Part shown: piece by piece, positions 23,361 to 35,716 of the stretch | Layout: each line of letters begins with the position of its first letter | Position numbering within the stretch: the first letter of the stretch is position 1 | Assembly (NCBI RefSeq): GCF_964188315.1 | Contig: NC_135662.1 | Location: 39,122,001 to 39,186,000 of the forward strand | Origin: Podarcis muralis | Lineage: Eukaryota | Length of the DNA stretch: 64,000 nt | Reading direction: 5' to 3' | Notes under the pieces: model-generated | Told to the model about the DNA's origin: nothing | Seen by the model: only the letters and a program-made list of their open reading frames with translations | The model's database searches: none | Position numbers and translations under genes: made by a program

Positions 23361-24342
23361 GCTGTGACTGTTTAAAGTGGTCTGATACTGCTTCTAATGG
23401 GTAGTGCAGGTAGAGCCATAGCCTGGATGCTGCCCCACAGAAATATGCTCATTTCTAACCCCCTTAAAGTTGCTTTGTTAAAATCAAATGACATTAAACC
23501 AAGAATGGCAAAATCTGTAGCCCCTTTTCATCATACTGCAGGCTGAATGGAATGATCTTCAGGGGGTGATGGCAATAGTGAACACAACTGAAACAAAACG
23601 TTGCACTGTGGGATGCTGCTGTTCAGGAGCTCAGCCCCTCCATTTTATCCCCTCCCCCTTCCTTTTTGATTCCTGTATGCCAACACTTGTAGTCCCTGGA
23701 GATGTACACATGTCATTGGGTTGTTTTTTAGAGTTTCCTCCTTCCTTCAGGGTTTAAAAGCCTTCTTTTTTGCTTCTGAAACCCTTCGGGTGCCCCCAAA
23801 TCTGCTGATACCGCCTTTTTGTGTGGAGGTAATGTTGCTTGCAACACCACTCTCACAAGAACGTTGAAAATAGAAGGCATTCTAATTATACCTAAACTAT
23901 CAGAAAGAAGAGAAAAGGGACTCCAGCTAATATACTTGAGATGCCTTCTGTTGTTAGGTATCAAAAACTATGCTTAATCTTTTACATCTCATTAATTTCA
24001 GGGTGATGCAGCATTTTGTTACTGTGACAATGAAAATATTAGTCATATTATTACAGTTTAAGTTCTCCCATCTGGATTCTCGGTGGCCTCTCCAGGAAAG
24101 CAATTTTGCCTAAGTACAATTATTGTTTTTAATGAAGAAGGAAGGAATTCATTGCAGCAATAAGATGGTAGTTGCATCAGTGCAAGGATTTCTACTTGCC
24201 AAATGGAACTTCCTCTTCTGTCATTTCACTTCCCCCACCACACACTGTTTTGAGCTTTCTCTTGATCCTGCAGAGCACATTGGAAGGAGGTACGTGGTGA
24301 GGCAGCAGCAGGAGGAAGACCTCTGTTGTGCACTGGCTTAGT

Positions 24343-24662
24343 CAGGGCCGGATTTAGGTCTGCTAAGGCTCTAAGCTACTGAAGGTAATGGGGCCCTTTA
24401 TATGTCCACCTGTCCTCTGTCAACAACAAATTGTCGCTGTTTTCTGTGTTGAATATATGCTATATGGTAATTTATGGACCTAATAGGTCCATACACAACA
24501 CAAAACACTGTTGCTGTATGTAGGTTTTATTTTATTTGTTTTTTATCTTATATTTGGAAATGTACATCCAGGTGTGTTTTTTCCTTTATATTTTTTTGGG
24601 GCTCCCAAGAGAGTGGGGCCCTAAGATATAGCTTGCTTAGCTTATAGGTAAATCCAGCACTG
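24343..24662. mobile_element. hAT MITE
   Basis: TIR cagggccggattta / taaatccagcactg (12 of 14); 8-bp TSD ggcttagt / ggtttagt. Confidence 0.85.
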
Positions 24663-25214
24663 GGTTTAGTTCAATCTGGCTCAAAACTTTTTAATCCTAT
24701 GAACATTACTACTTTACTACTTATCATTACAATTAAGAACTTGTGCTATTTGGACATAAATTATTTTAAAACATTTCTCTTTTCCCACCCAGTCTTGCTT
24801 AGTTGCTCTATACTGTATGCAGTAAATCAAGTACTTTTTGTTGATCATTCATGACATTTAACTTGAAGCCACCACAAATAGCAAATAAGCATTTTCTATT
24901 ACCATTACATTTTATTAATCCCATATCAGGATCCTCCTGTAAGCATCAAAGGTTTGTTTTCTTTGTTATTATTTATCTATAGTTCCTGTTCCGTGTTCAA
25001 GATAAATGTATTGGTCCCATAAACATCTCACTATAAAAGTGTATATTTATATGTTCATTTGTAGCATTGCAGCTAGGGATGGCTTTGCCAAATTTGGTTT
25101 CCCCCAGTTTCCCATTTCTTCCAATCTTAAGTTCAGTTCTCCATATGAGCATGGAAAAATACAAGTCTGAGAGCCTCTGTGATGCTCCGTGGTGGTGCAG
25201 GAAATGTGAACAGT

Positions 25215-25428
25215 GAGAGGCAGTGTGGTGCAGTGGTTAGAGTGTAAGACCTAGAAGACCGAGTTTGAATCCCCACTCCACCATGAAGTCATTGGGTGAT
25301 CTTGGGTGGTTCACTGTCTCTCAGCCTAACCTACCTCACAGGGTTGTTGTGGAGATTAAATGAGGAGAGGGGTAACCATGTACACCACACCTGGAGCTCC
25401 TTGTTGGGGAAAGGTAAGCTATAAATGC

Positions 25429-25466
<38 letters not shown>
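25215..25466 (+). mobile_element. tRNA-headed CORE/MIR-like SINE with (AAGT)n tail
   Basis: gcagtgtggtgcagtggttagag A box, gagtttgaatcc B box, gggtgatcttggg...ctcagcctaacctacctcacagggttgttgt core. Confidence 0.75.
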
Positions 25467-25468
<2 letters not shown>

Positions 25469-26120
25469 CTGGCATGAAGTCATTTGCTAACTTCCCCTTA
25501 TCCAGGCCATAGCCATTTTATGTGGGTCACATCTCCTCTATGGAGGGATTGCGCCCTTTGTCTCTATAGCTTCTATCACACTGTTAATGGCACACCTCTC
25601 TATGACAATTTTCAGGGGTTGGAGTTAGTGTCGGTCCGAACAGCCTACCTGCAATTACAGAAATGTGACTTCAAAGTAAACAATTCCACTTTCCTTTGAA
25701 AGGAAATAATTCTGATGAATTCACAGGCTGGGGCTCTGAGTACACCAACCACATTATTATAAAAATGACTTGTTGACACCGAAAGCACTGACAGTACCTA
25801 AACTCTGGAAAAGTCACAATGTGTGGCTTCTAATTGCACAGTTGTCTATTAGACATAAGGAGGGGGGAAATGTATCCATATGGATTTTTTAAATTAAGCC
25901 ACCATTCAACTCCACTGCTATTACTCTCTAAGAATGAAAAACGAGTTCTTCGGATTAACGGGTATATTTTATATACTTGAGAAATAAAAATTTGTTTAAA
26001 TTACATAAAGGTCTGCTTGTTCCAGTGCCCCTCTCTACCTTTGGTTTGCATTTTCTTTCTTTCCTTTTTCTTCTGCTGATCTTCATACACACCCTTCTGA
26101 TGCTCTTCTCCCCACACCTC

Positions 26121-26122
<2 letters not shown>

Positions 26123-26163
<41 letters not shown>

Positions 26164-26174
26164 GTGTGCGTGTG
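26123..26174. repeat. (TG)n microsatellite
   Basis: Long TG run with two CG interruptions. Confidence 0.95.
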
Positions 26175-26302
26175 CATATCCATAGCATTGTGCACCCTTG
26201 CACATGTAGAGTTGAAAACTGAAATCAATAGATGTGGCTAACTTAAGTCCAGTCATTTAAATGGTTCTACTCTGAGTAGGACTTAGCTGGATTCAAACCA
26301 CA

Positions 26303-26535
26303 GAGGTGTCATCCACAGCATACATTCAAAGCACCCTCATACCAGTTCAACAGTCATGGCTTTCTCCCAAAGAATCCCAGGAACTATAGTTTGTTAAGGG
26401 TGCTGAGAGTTACTATGAGATCCCTTGCAGAGCTACAATTCCCAGCATCCTTAGTATACTGCAGTTCCCAGGATTTTTGGGGAGATGCCATGACTGCTTT
26501 AGGGTGCTTTGAACGTATGCTGTGGATGAGACCTC
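26303..26535. mobile_element. Palindromic MITE (superfamily uncertain, possibly PIF/Harbinger-like)
   Basis: 33-bp terminal arms gaggtgtcatccacagcatacattcaaagcacc with 2 mismatches, plus inner inverted cccaaagaatcccaggaact / agttcccaggatttttgggg. Confidence 0.75.
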
Positions 26536-29325
26536 AATCTTTCAGCATTATCAATTTTCAATGTTCTCTGGCACTGAATTCTTATTGGGCTGCACTGGAA
26601 GCTTCTTCCTCCCTAAGTTCCCTTCCCCTCTGAAGATTGTCTGAGCATCTTCAAGCCTTCAGGAGAACCCTAAAATGTTCTGGTGCTTTCTCTCTTGCGC
26701 ACATGTAGTTAAGGTTTGGCTTACATAAGCATGAGCATGGGGAAACATGAATTGGCATCAGAAGGAATGGTTGCTGCTTTGCAAGTAATCAAATGATTGT
26801 GTAAGTTCCGAGTAGCCTCATATGATGTGGCAAAGCCTCTATTGTTGCCTGGCTTTCCTTACTCCATCCCAGTGGACTAAAGAAATTGACATGGTGAGCC
26901 AGTGGTGGCACTTACTATGGATTGTAATGAATGAGTAAACTATTCAGTGAGAGGGGTTATGATGAGACATTAAAGATGTGAAGTCCTCTAAGACTCTATT
27001 ATTTGTTCTCCACCCATCTCACTCCCAAAACCAAGATCTATAATGAAACTGCTATCAAGGGATATTTCTCATTGTAAATTCCCAGGAAAGAATTTACTGC
27101 ATTTAATTCAATTTTGAAGCTGCTTGGCATACATTGGCTGTAATAATCTGTGATTCTGTTTATTCCAGATCAAAGATCCCTATTACTAATTATTCTCCAT
27201 TCAGTTATTTTTTCTAAAGCAATGTGTCTCTAATACACATTTGAAGATAAGGCACTTATCATTTGAAGATAAGGCACTTAGAATCGCTGGAAAATCCTGC
27301 TCAAGCTCATTTACAGTTTGATCTTCATCATGAACTCATTCAGTCATTTAAATTGGATGATTGCTAATGAACACAGTGGGTGAAGTAAAGGACATCACTC
27401 ATTACCTTTCATACACTTGAATGGTATAATTAATAGGAATGCCATCACTTCTCAATCAGATAACTTACTGAATGTATCATTTGTAAATCAGTAGTGCCCC
27501 TATACTAGCATGTACTGTGCGAGGAGAAAAAAATCCACAAGTGACAATTTTCCACAGCCATTGAATTATTCTGCTCTTGCAACCTACCCACCCCACCCCC
27601 CATTTTTAATATATATTTCTTTTAGCAAATCTGTTAATTTCTGTCTAAAGCACAAAACATATGCAACAACTTTTGAGGATTCAGCATATAACTTATTGGA
27701 TACCTAGGCAGAGTCTGGGAGACCAGAACATAGCAATTGGGAAACAGACTGGTTGGTAGTCCTTAATAAACGTAAAACGGGGTGGAAGTTGTAGTACTTC
27801 TATCCATTTGCATGTGTGTTACTTTCATAGAAAAATAATGGCTTTTATGGCTCATCAGTTTTCTAGTATCCTATAGCCTGGGAGACTTCAGAAACATTAA
27901 GAAATCTTGTAAAGATATTGTCATAATCAAGCCCTATTTATATTGAGTGAGGCTTATATCATGTTGAATGTTATACTTGACCCATGAGAGGTGCCATGCA
28001 CATTAGGATTAATTGAACTGCATGTTATATTTGGCTGATTCATTTAAAAAAGTCATAAAACAAAATATATCCATTGGGTTGCGTCCTGTCCTAGCTTGGT
28101 TCAAGGCTCCTAGGAGAGGCTGGTTGAAACAATGGCACTTACTGGAAGGAGTAAGTGGAAAAACAGAATCAAGTCCAGTAGTCAAGTCAATGTAGGCTAG
28201 ACTAGGCTGGATCATATTAGGCACAGCATAGTCTTTCAGGTCCTGGGCAGATCCCCATGGCAAGGGCTAGCTGGAATTCATCTAACAAATGCTGTGTCTA
28301 AGCAGCATTCTGAAACCTTTTGAATGCTGGCTGCTCTGGTGTTAACCCCAACCCTGCTGAGGAGCTGTCTGTTTACAAAGCGACAGTGCCTGATTCTGCA
28401 GCCACTGGCTCCTACAGCATGAGACTGGTGAGGGCTGCATTGGGGATGGTGTCCTCTGAGTGTAAACAGTCAGGTAAAGCTATTTATTCTGGCCGGAACT
28501 GGCCTAGACAGTCCTGGATCAGGGAACAATGGCTCCCCATGGGATGTCTCACCCCCTTCTGAATCTCTTTCAGAGTCAGAAGTGGGACTGAGGCCACAGA
28601 TCAACAGGATATTTTTTAGAATGCCACAAGTGGAGTTCCACTCACAGAAGGGGCACTCCAAGCCTCCACTAGTGGAAGGAGAGAAAAGGTTTTATCAATT
28701 CCCACTTCCCTCTGTTGCCCTTAAACATGCTGAAAATATGCACTGGACTATTGGAAGACCCACTTACTAAATACAAGATGGCGCATGGATTATAGGAGAG
28801 GAGAAACGAACAAAATTTCCATCCTACACGTTTGCTGGTTTGTGACCATTGCATTTATGGAAGAGCTCCTATGGATGTTTTCCTTTTTTAAACTTTTTGA
28901 AGGCAATCTTGAGACGTAGACAGATATAATATTGTACAGGACAACCTACATCAGATGATGAACCATTTGTCAGGGTGAGAGCAAGACAGGAACAACTCTA
29001 TTTGTTGCCACAAGAGGGATCTCCTTCTTGACAGAGCTGCCAAAAGCCTTCTAGTCTGTCCTTGAAGTTTTTCAACCTAAGTCTGGTGAGTTTTTTCTGC
29101 ATCAGCAGGGAAATAACTGACAGCTAGCTTTTTGTTCTTTTCTTTTTCTAAAGGATTCAGATGAGTCTATTGACTTACTTCTCTGGCATTATCCCAAATT
29201 AACTTTTCTGCTCTCATCTTCTGTATGCTGGTGATTTACTTTTCATTCAAAACACTTCTTTAAAATATGTCCATTATTTGAATTATTTTATTACTTTTCC
29301 AGAGACCACAGGAAATACTTGCCCT

Positions 29326-29380
29326 CTATTCTATTCTGTTCTGTTCTGTTCTGTTCTGTTCTGTTCTATTCTATTCTATT
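29326..29380. repeat. Compound pentanucleotide microsatellite
   Basis: (CTATT)2(CTGTT)6(CTATT)3. Confidence 0.95.
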
Positions 29381-29478
29381 CATGCAATTTAATAACAAAA
29401 AGAGAACTGAAATCATGTATTTCAAACAAACAATGTGCATTAAATTAGGATTTGGCCATCGGCTCTTATTTTGACTAG

Positions 29479-29792
29479 TAACAACAACAACAACAACAAC
29501 ACTTTTATTATTTATACCCCACCTATCTGGCTGGGTTTCCCTAGCCACTCTGGGCAGCTTACAGCATATCTTAAAACATAATTAAAAACATCAGACGTTA
29601 AAAATCTTCCATTCTTCAGATATCTTCTAAAAGTTGTGCAATTTTTTATCTCCTTGACATCTGAAGGGAAAGCATTCCACAGGGTGGGCACCACAACCGA
29701 GAAGGCCCTCTGCCTGGTTCCCTGTAACTTCACTTCTCACAGTGAGGGAATCAGCAAAAGACCCTTGGAGGCGGACTTCAGTGTCTGGGCTG
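29479..29792 (-). mobile_element. L2 3' fragment
   Basis: Peptide GTRQRAFSVVVPTLWNAFPSDVKEIKNCTTFRRYLK is an L2 ORF2 C-terminus; (GTT)n-modified tail. Confidence 0.85.
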
Positions 29793-30710
29793 TCATTTGC
29801 TCTGATTCAGTGGTAAAAATTGGGTTTCCCCGGGGGAAAGCAGTGGGACAAGCAAAAGTTTAGACAAGCCCTAAATAATGAAAATGATTTTTAAAGTGCC
29901 TTTAGATGGCTCTGATCCTTTACTAAGACAATATCTTCCCAAAGTTCAGCCATCATGGGAACTGCCCAAGGCCCAGCTCAGCTCAACTTGTCTTGCTTTG
30001 CTTATCAGAGGCTGAGTTCATTAATTCAATTGCCCGAAACACCAAGGCCCATCAGAAAGAATGGATCCAACCAATGGTCCACCTAGTCTAGCATGTTTTG
30101 TCCCACAATGACCAGCCACATGCTTCTGGGAGACCCACAAGCAAGTGTCCCCTGCTATTGGTCTAGAGTTGGGGACTAGCTTGGTTTTACTTAAAGAAAG
30201 TGTTGTGTAAGTGCTTTCATTAAAATAAATAAAACTCAGTCAGTCCCTGACTGAAATGATCACAAAGAACAGTACAACATCAGGTCCTAGCAATTATATA
30301 TTCACATCCAGTGTTTAGAATATAAAAAAAAAGCTGCAGCAGTTTATATTCACAGCAGGAAGAAAATATATGCAATTTAAAAGCTATTAAAAGAGAGCCT
30401 TCCAATTTCACAGCCCCATCATCTAAATTGTTTAAATTGCAGGAAGAATTCCTTCCTTGTACTGAGGACCATACAGCATTTAAGAATCTCTTGTGGGTGT
30501 CATGCCCTTAAAATATAACCAAGAAGAATGTTAAAGCAAGCTGGTAAGCAACAACGAATGATGAATTTCCTTCAGTAGCATTAACAAGAACAACTTTTCC
30601 AAAAACTGTTCAGATGGATACTTTTTTAGTTGTTATAAAGAAGGGCTGCATTGTGGCGTACACCTCAAAGTTTGCTCAGTGAATGAGAAACACTTGCTGC
30701 ATACTCTAGT

Positions 30711-31054
30711 ACGCGGGTGGCACTGTGAGTTAAACCACAGAGCCTAGGGCTTGCCGGTCAGAAGGTCAGTGGTTCAAATCCCCGCGATGGGGTGAGCTCC
30801 CGTTGCTTGGTCCCTGCTCATGCCAACTTAGCAGTTCAAAAGCATGTCAAGATGCAAATAGATAAATAGGTACCGCTCCAGCGGGAAGGTAAATGGCATT
30901 TCCGTGTGCTGCTCTGGTTTGCCAGAAGCGGCTTAGTCATGCTGGCCACATGACCCGGAAGCTATACGCTGGCTCCCTTGGCCAATAAAGTGAGATGAGC
31001 AGCGCAACCCCAGAGTCGTCCGCGACTGGGCCTAATGGTCAGGGGTCTCTTTAC
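30711..31054 (+). mobile_element. Sauria SINE
   Basis: Collinear with 11362-11715; TSD not clear. Confidence 0.93.
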
Positions 31055-31307
31055 ATAGTACTAAAAAGCAGAATATGTTATTTCTTTAAAGTGTTTTGGT
31101 AGGCACCTCAAGTACAAAAGTGCTGGTAATCAAAAGTGGTACCTACAACATTGGTTCTCATGACCAGCACTTGAGTTGCTTTAGAGGCCATGAAGGTTTC
31201 CCCTCTTATCCCTCCCCCTCCCCAAAATCCCTCAACCAAACCTGTTTTTACATGTCTACTAGTGATCTCTAGCTCACTGAGAGTTGTGTTACTGTCATTG
31301 GCATAAC

Positions 31308-31657
31308 TAAAGGTAAAGGTAGAGGACCCCTGATAGTTAAGTCCCATCGCAAATGACTCTGGGGTTGCAGCACTCATCTCACTTTACTGGCTGAGGGAGC
31401 CAACGTTTGTCCACAGACAGTTTTTCCAGGTCATGTGGCCAGCATGACTAAGCCACTTCTGGCGAACCAGAGAAGCACACAGAAATGCTGTTTACCTTCC
31501 TGCCGGAGCAGTACCTATTTATCTACTTGCACTTTGACGCGCTTTCGAACTACTAGGTTGGCAGGAGCTGGGACCGAACAACAGGAGTTCACCCCATCGC
31601 GGGGATTCAAACGGCTGACCTTTCGATCGGCAAGCCCAAGGCTCTGTGGTTTACACC
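31308..31657 (-). mobile_element. Sauria SINE, slightly 5'-truncated
   Basis: taaaggtaaaggt tail; head stops at ggctctgtggtttacacc. Confidence 0.92.
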
Positions 31658-32929
31658 AAATTTGTGGAGAACTGAAGTCCACACATCCCAAAGATCTGCA
31701 TAGGTAGTAACTATAATGAACCAGTTTGATGGTAGCTGACTGCTGTGGTCCAGTGCAAAGTGTCTTTTTGCAACCTTCGATTTGTAGTATTTATGCATGC
31801 AAGCTGCAAATGCATGCAATACCTCATAATTCCAGCCTAAATCCAAAATCAATGCTGAATTTTTCCCACACTTTTTTTTGCCCTAAACACTTTTATCTTG
31901 CCTAATTAATGTTCTCTGTATCTTCTCCTTTTCAACATTCATCAACACTTAGGGGCACCTTATGTTCTCATTTGCCAAATTTCTAAAGCTAGTGTTCTGA
32001 GGTCTGTATAAAATATGTAAGAAAAGCTTCTACTGACAACAGCAATTATATTGCCTTCAGCCATTTAGCTCATGGGATTATGCCCCTGTAATTGACAAAT
32101 CTGCCAATAGGCATTTTGTGTGAGAGTTCATTCAGCTACTAGCAATTTTAAAATCTATGTCATTATTTATAACTCCTTTTGTGCTATTTCAGGTATCTCA
32201 CATAATTGCATTTTAGAATCCACACTCCAGTTTTGAAGTAAGTGACTTTTATGCTTAGGCAAAGCATTTTGTAAACTTCTCTGTTCTGTGCATCTTCTCT
32301 TTGGCAAGGTGAGGTAAACTGTCAGCTCAGCATATTTCTGAATTGCAGCTACTCCTCTCTACTATTTAGCTAATGTTACTTCATGCAAACCTAATTCTCT
32401 TTCCAACTTTTACTCAGTGGAAACTGTAGTATCCATAGGAATGGAAAGACCCATTTGAGCGTGGTCCATACCAGTTCTGCAAGGGGACAAAACTAAGTCC
32501 ATCCCACCTCATTTCCATGTGGATTCTGAAGGGGGAATCCACAGGGAATCTTAAAGGCAAAACATGTTTAAAAATAAACATAAATACATATGAAGATGAA
32601 AATACACATGAGGTAGTTCAAGGGCTGCAGTGCTAACTGGTCTCTTCCTCATAAAGGGATGTACAGAACTACAGATTTTGAAGACGGTTCATGATCCACG
32701 AGCAGATTGGTTTGCATCAGGAGAGTGTAACTTGAGTCTGGGAAATTCCTTCTCTGTAATCATATGACCAGGGAATATCTGCTTTCTTCTGTAAGAGAAA
32801 TGCTGCATAGGGGCATTTACCATGGCACTGATACCTCCCTGTACCACTGAAAGTTCTGTCATATATAGTGCTCTTTGTGCAATTGCTGTGCACTAGACCA
32901 TTGATAAGGTAGAAGTTATGCCGATCTAG

Positions 32930-33290
32930 TAAAGTAAAGGTAAAGGGACCCCTGACTGTTAAGTCCAGTCGCGGATGACTCTAGGGTTCCAGCGCTCAAT
33001 TTGTTTTACTGGCCGAGAGAGCCGGTGTTTGTCCGCAGACAGCTTCTGGGTCATGTGGCCAGCATGACTAAGCCGCTTCTGGTGAACCAGAACACAGAAA
33101 TGCTGTTTACCTTCCCACAGGAGCAGTACGTATTTATCTACTTGCACTTTGACGTGCTTTCAAACTGCTAGGTTGGCAAGAGCAGGGACTGAACAACGGG
33201 AGCGCACCCCGTTGCGGGGATTCGAACTGCTGACCTTCTGATTGGCAAGTCCTAGGCTCTGTGGTTAGACCACAGCGCCACCCGCGTCCC
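32930..33290 (-). mobile_element. Sauria SINE, full length
   Basis: Ends cacagcgccacccgcgtccc; 7-bp TSD gatctag (32923-32929, 33292-33298). Confidence 0.94.
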
Positions 33291-33741
33291 AGATCTAGCA
33301 CAGAACCCACCTTACCTCTGTAACTGAAAATTGCTATGAACAGTTTTAAATATTCTGCTGTAATGCTGTGTCTTAATATTGTAACCCATCCTGAGACCTA
33401 GGGTGAAGGCAGGTTGCTGTTGTTTTTGTTTTTGCTATTATTACTATTCAGTTCATGCATGGCACTTCACATAAAGTCCATGCTGTGTGACTGTAATTCC
33501 AGAATCCTATGTAAGTGGGGGAAACTTAAAGTGTACCCTTGCCACCCAGCCCCTCAAGGGTGCTTAGCATGACACAGGTGGTTAGAGGCTTGAGAGAAGA
33601 GCAATACCCTCTTCTCTTCTCTTCCCTCTCCACTTCCACTTCTAGTGTCTTACCCCACCCCCCTCCACAGACACCTCAGCACCTAGGAAATTCTGAAAAA
33701 CTATATAGTTTGCGTATCTATGTAGACACCACTTTCTGATT

Positions 33742-33890
33742 TGGGGTGCATCCACACCTCTCTTTATCCCACTGCTTCCCCCCAGGAAAACCCCAGTTTA
33801 GCACTGAATCGGAACAAATAGCAATCAGGTTTTCTGAGGATTGTCATTTGCCCCAATTTAGCGCTAAAAAACTGGTTTTCCAGGGGAAAG
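33742..33890. mobile_element. Fragment of a palindromic DNA element
   Basis: ggggtgcatccacac end; inner inverted repeat ccccaggaaaaccccagtttagcact / agcgctaaaaactggttttccagggg. Confidence 0.45.
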
Positions 33891-34993
33891 TGGCAGGGCA
33901 AAGGCAAAATTCTCAGACCCATGCCAAGACAGCATGAGATCAGGGGAAGACCACTTGGACCTCTGCTTTCTAGGCAATGGGCAAGCAGAAGGGTGGACAA
34001 GCCCTAAGGAAGAAGGCTTGGTTCTCTTTCAGATTGATAGCACACAACCACCTACAATCACCTTGGGAAGAATGAAGATTGTACAATTGCCCATGTTTCC
34101 AAAACTGCAAAATATAATGCCATAGCACATATGCAACCCCCACTTTCAAATTGTTGGCCCATGTGCTACAATCTAGTAAAAGTAATGACCACTCCTCAGG
34201 GAAGTAAAGTTCTGCCATGCAGGGAAATAGCCAACAACTGCTTTGCTCACCATTCTGGCTCCTTCCCAGAAAGACTGTGCTGTTCTGACTTCTCTTTATG
34301 CAAAAGATATTACCCATCTGTCTTAGCTAGAGGAAAAGTAGTTCATAACAGCTGGAGTGTTAGACCCATTATATTTTTAACCAAATGATAACTGGAAGCA
34401 ATCTGGGCTTTCTAATGTTTGCTCTGCCCCACCCTTTCAAAATCTAAACAACACTTAATTGGCCGGTAAATTTCTATTTAGTGCAGTGAAAAACCATAAC
34501 ATCAAATCTTCTCTTCAGTATATTCAAATGATTAGGGTACAGAGATGAGTTAGCAATATGAGGGCTGTTAATAAAACAGCAGGCCTGTGACATAAGAGGT
34601 CAGACTAATGTTCCTGAGTGAATTATGGGATGGAGCAGCTTACATTTCATTCATTGTGGAAGGATTGATGCTGGTAGTGAGTCAAGGCCAAAAAGAGGTG
34701 AGTTCATTTTGCTTTTAATATCATTTACATGAATCATTTTGATGGAAGTAGTTTGAAGGCAGAAACATATATACATCAAAAGAATGGAGTATGGGATTTG
34801 GAGCAAAGTTTAATAGATTTTTAATACAAGATTATAAGTACCAGCATAATAACTAATAAGACTTTTAAGGCTGCATGCACACTATATCTTTAAAGCACAT
34901 TTGAAGCACAATTCCCCCTCAAAGAATTCTGAGCACTGTAGTTTGTTAAGAGTTGTTGAGAATAAAGAGACAGAAAAATAGAACATTGAAGTA

Positions 34994-35247
34994 CAGTGGT
35001 ACCTCGGGATGCGAACGGGATCCGTTCCGGAGCCCCGTTCGCATCCAGAAGCAAACGTAACTAGCAATGGCATGTCTGCGCATGCGCGTGTTGCTTTTCG
35101 CCGCTTCTGCGCATGACGTCATTTTGTGCATCTGCGCATGTGTGAGCAGCGAAACCCAGAAGTAACGCGCTCCGTTACTTCTGGGTTGCTGCGGAGCGCA
35201 ACTCGAACGCGCTCAACATGAAGCATATTCAACCTGAGGTATGACTG
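34994..35247. mobile_element. CpG-rich Tigger-like MITE
   Basis: TIR cagtggtacctcggg / cctgaggtatgactg; TA TSD at 34992-34993 and 35248-35249. Confidence 0.88.
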
Positions 35248-35641
35248 TATGTGGTAAGCTAATGGCCAAGGCAACAAAAATGAGTCCCCTCAACCCCACT
35301 TCATTCAACTGCCTGTCTAAAAAGGATTGGAATTTGGAATTACTGATACACTCATCCCATACTAGAAAGGTGGTCCAGATGTTTACCATGGGCTGATAGT
35401 ATTGAAAGTCACTGCAAAGTTCAGCAGGACAAACAGTAATGCATGTCTAATTCCTAGTGTACATATTTCACCAGTTTGATCAAGGCTGTTTCCATATCAA
35501 AACCTGGTCTGAAGCTGAACGGAAATGGATTCATATTCAGTACTATCTTCCAGAAGTAAGTGTTCATTATAACATGTGTGGAGAGCCTTATGCACACACA
35601 GATTCTGTACTCATATTATCTTTAGCATACCTAGATCTCGT

Positions 35642-35716
35642 CAGTACTTTTTTTCTTTAAAAAAAAATGTTTAGGGGTATGCATCCCCCTGCATCCCCCC
35701 AGAAAAAAAAGCACTG
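35642..35716. mobile_element. 75-bp minimal hAT MITE
   Basis: TIR cagtactttttt / aaaaaagcactg; TSD gatctcgt / gatctagt. Confidence 0.85.

Noticed and set aside
25955-26228. His-Thr and Val-Cys repeat ORFs
   Set aside because: Translations of the (TG)n microsatellite
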